27,045 nt of DNA from Candidatus Heimdallarchaeota archaeon (lineage in GTDB: Archaea; Asgardarchaeota; Heimdallarchaeia; Heimdallarchaeales; Heimdallarchaeaceae). Below, piece by piece: positions 25,746 to 27,045 of this stretch (within the stretch, counting starts at the first letter, position 1; each line of letters begins with the position of its first letter). The translations under genes were made by a program, and so were the position numbers. Location: NCBI GenBank assembly GCA_018238545.1, contig JABCTC010000046.1:1-27045 (forward strand), given 5' to 3'. The notes beneath the pieces are model-generated. The model did not search any database, was not told the origin of the DNA, and worked only from the letters and a program-made list of their open reading frames with translations.

Positions 25746-27045
25746 TCAGAGAAGTATCTCTATCCAATACGCGGGATGATCTGATTGTCCTTCCTCTATA
25801 TAATGTGCTTGGATGATTATGAAACTAGGTCGTAAGAAGATATGATCTATTCTGTCCTCTGCTGCTGTTCCATATCTTAATTGCCAAGAATCAGCTAATC
25901 CTGCACCAATGGTTATGTTGTATTCAGCTGAGTGAGCTCGGAAATTGAAATCTCCCATATAGATAACATCAGCTAAACCAGATGTTCTGCTGACCATCTC
26001 TTGCGCTTGATAGATTGTAGTGATGTCTTCATCACCAGAAGGATGATTGACAAACACGTTGAAAACTCGAGATCCAACTGTGATTTGAGCTTGAGCTGAT
26101 CCTACTTGTTCTTCGTCACTATAAGCAAAGAAGGAAAGAGCATTAGAGATAGGGAACTTTGAGAGAATTGCACAACCATATGTGTTCGTAACCGTCTTTG
26201 GACCATAGTAAGAGTACATGTTCAGATTAGAGGCAAAGTATCTTACTACATCCATGTTTCCACCTGAAATTCTGGTAGGATCACACTCTTGTAATCCAAT
26301 GATATCGGGGTTAATTTCTCGGATGAGATCTAATTGACCATCATAGTTCCAATCTCCTGAAACATTGATTCCTTGCTGAATGTTATAAGTTAATATTGTA
26401 AGAGATGTCTTCCCTTCAGCAGAATAGCTGGGTCTAGGTGTTGTGAGAACAGCTCCTGTAATTGTTCCTATAAGAATAATTCCGAATACAACACTTACTC
26501 CTATCTTTGAATTACGCTTCTTAACCAACTTGTCAAGTTTCATTGAAGATGGACCAATAATCAATGTTGTTGCTGAAAGCAGAAAAGCTGGTATAAAGAA
26601 GGCTAACCAATATTGATCCCTAAACGCGAAGCTTATGGGCGGAAGATATCCCCATACGTTTGGTAGCACTTGAACAAAGAGCATTATTATGATAAATAAT
26701 CCACCAATTGTGAAGCTACCTCCAATTTGTGAAGGTTTAGGTTTCAAATTGACAATCTCTCTCACAAGGAATATGAAGTTTAAATAAATAATTGGAGAAG
26801 TAAGTATAGCAAATGCAAGTGGTATATGGTGGAACCACTGAGTTGCAGGTGCTAATAATGGAAAAGCAGCTGGATCATTTGTGAAGAAAATTTGATGGAC
26901 AAGTACAGTCATGGTAAGTGATATTGCAAAAAATGCATTCCAAAGTGCTAGCATCCAAGATTTCAGATAGTTGATGAAATCAGGTTTCCATAACATGACT
27001 CCAATAAAAACTCCCAACATACTAACTATCCCAACTACAATTCCT
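25746..27045 (-). CDS. multi-TM membrane protein with C-terminal EEP (endonuclease/exonuclease/phosphatase) domain, Cwh43/PGAP2IP-like; 5'-partial
   Basis: Frame is open to the window edge (GIVVGIVS-M); TM helices then TYNIQQG, PDIIGLQE, GCAILSKFPI, MGDFN, RIDHIF, SDH. Confidence 0.88.
   Translation of the reverse strand, partial: GIVVGIVSMLGVFIGVMLWKPDFINYLKSWMLALWNAFFAISLTMTVLVHQIFFTNDPAAFPLLAPATQWFHHIPLAFAILTSPIIYLNFIFLVREIVNLKPKPSQIGGSFTIGGLFIIIMLFVQVLPNVWGYLPPISFAFRDQYWLAFFIPAFLLSATTLIIGPSSMKLDKLVKKRNSKIGVSVVFGIILIGTITGAVLTTPRPSYSAEGKTSLTILTYNIQQGINVSGDWNYDGQLDLIREINPDIIGLQECDPTRISGGNMDVVRYFASNLNMYSYYGPKTVTNTYGCAILSKFPISNALSFFAYSDEEQVGSAQAQITVGSRVFNVFVNHPSGDEDITTIYQAQEMVSRTSGLADVIYMGDFNFRAHSAEYNITIGAGLADSWQLRYGTAAEDRIDHIFLRPSFIIIQAHYIEEGQSDHPAYWIEILL

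Noticed and set aside
1-27045. CRISPR array, IS element or provirus
   Set aside because: No regularly spaced repeats and no cas, transposase, integrase or virion genes were seen.

Overview
AT-rich archaeal chromosomal window with no rRNA, tRNA, CRISPR array, integrase or transposase visible. TATA-box promoters, GGAGGTGA/GTGAT ribosome sites, an HTH_10 regulator, tandem Lrp-like regulators and many surface proteins ending in a TM helix plus basic tail suggest an Asgard archaeon, probably Heimdallarchaeia (inference only). Coding content: two NosD-like beta-helix surface proteins, an anchored Ntn-hydrolase, a TPR-rhomboid-like fusion lacking the catalytic motif, class I and class V PLP enzymes, FprA, a CGGC protein, DegV, a cold-shock protein, two tandem paralogous surface proteins, a beta-lactamase-family serine hydrolase and a 5'-truncated Cwh43/PGAP2IP-like membrane EEP protein. 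Gene remnants are also present (GMC oxidoreductase, class III aminotransferase). The most interesting signals are absent from the ORF track. (1) A 16-codon peptide gene (MFGPQGDPDEPEFWPP) has a perfect but sequesterable SD, sits in a hairpin-rich transcript, and diverges from a coupled two-gene winged-helix operon: a candidate peptide-regulator system. (2) A ~210-nt, ~50% GC, five-hairpin candidate ncRNA lies between csp and degV. (3) Several other small ORFs have their own expression signals. All family calls come from motif recognition by eye; no searches were run.
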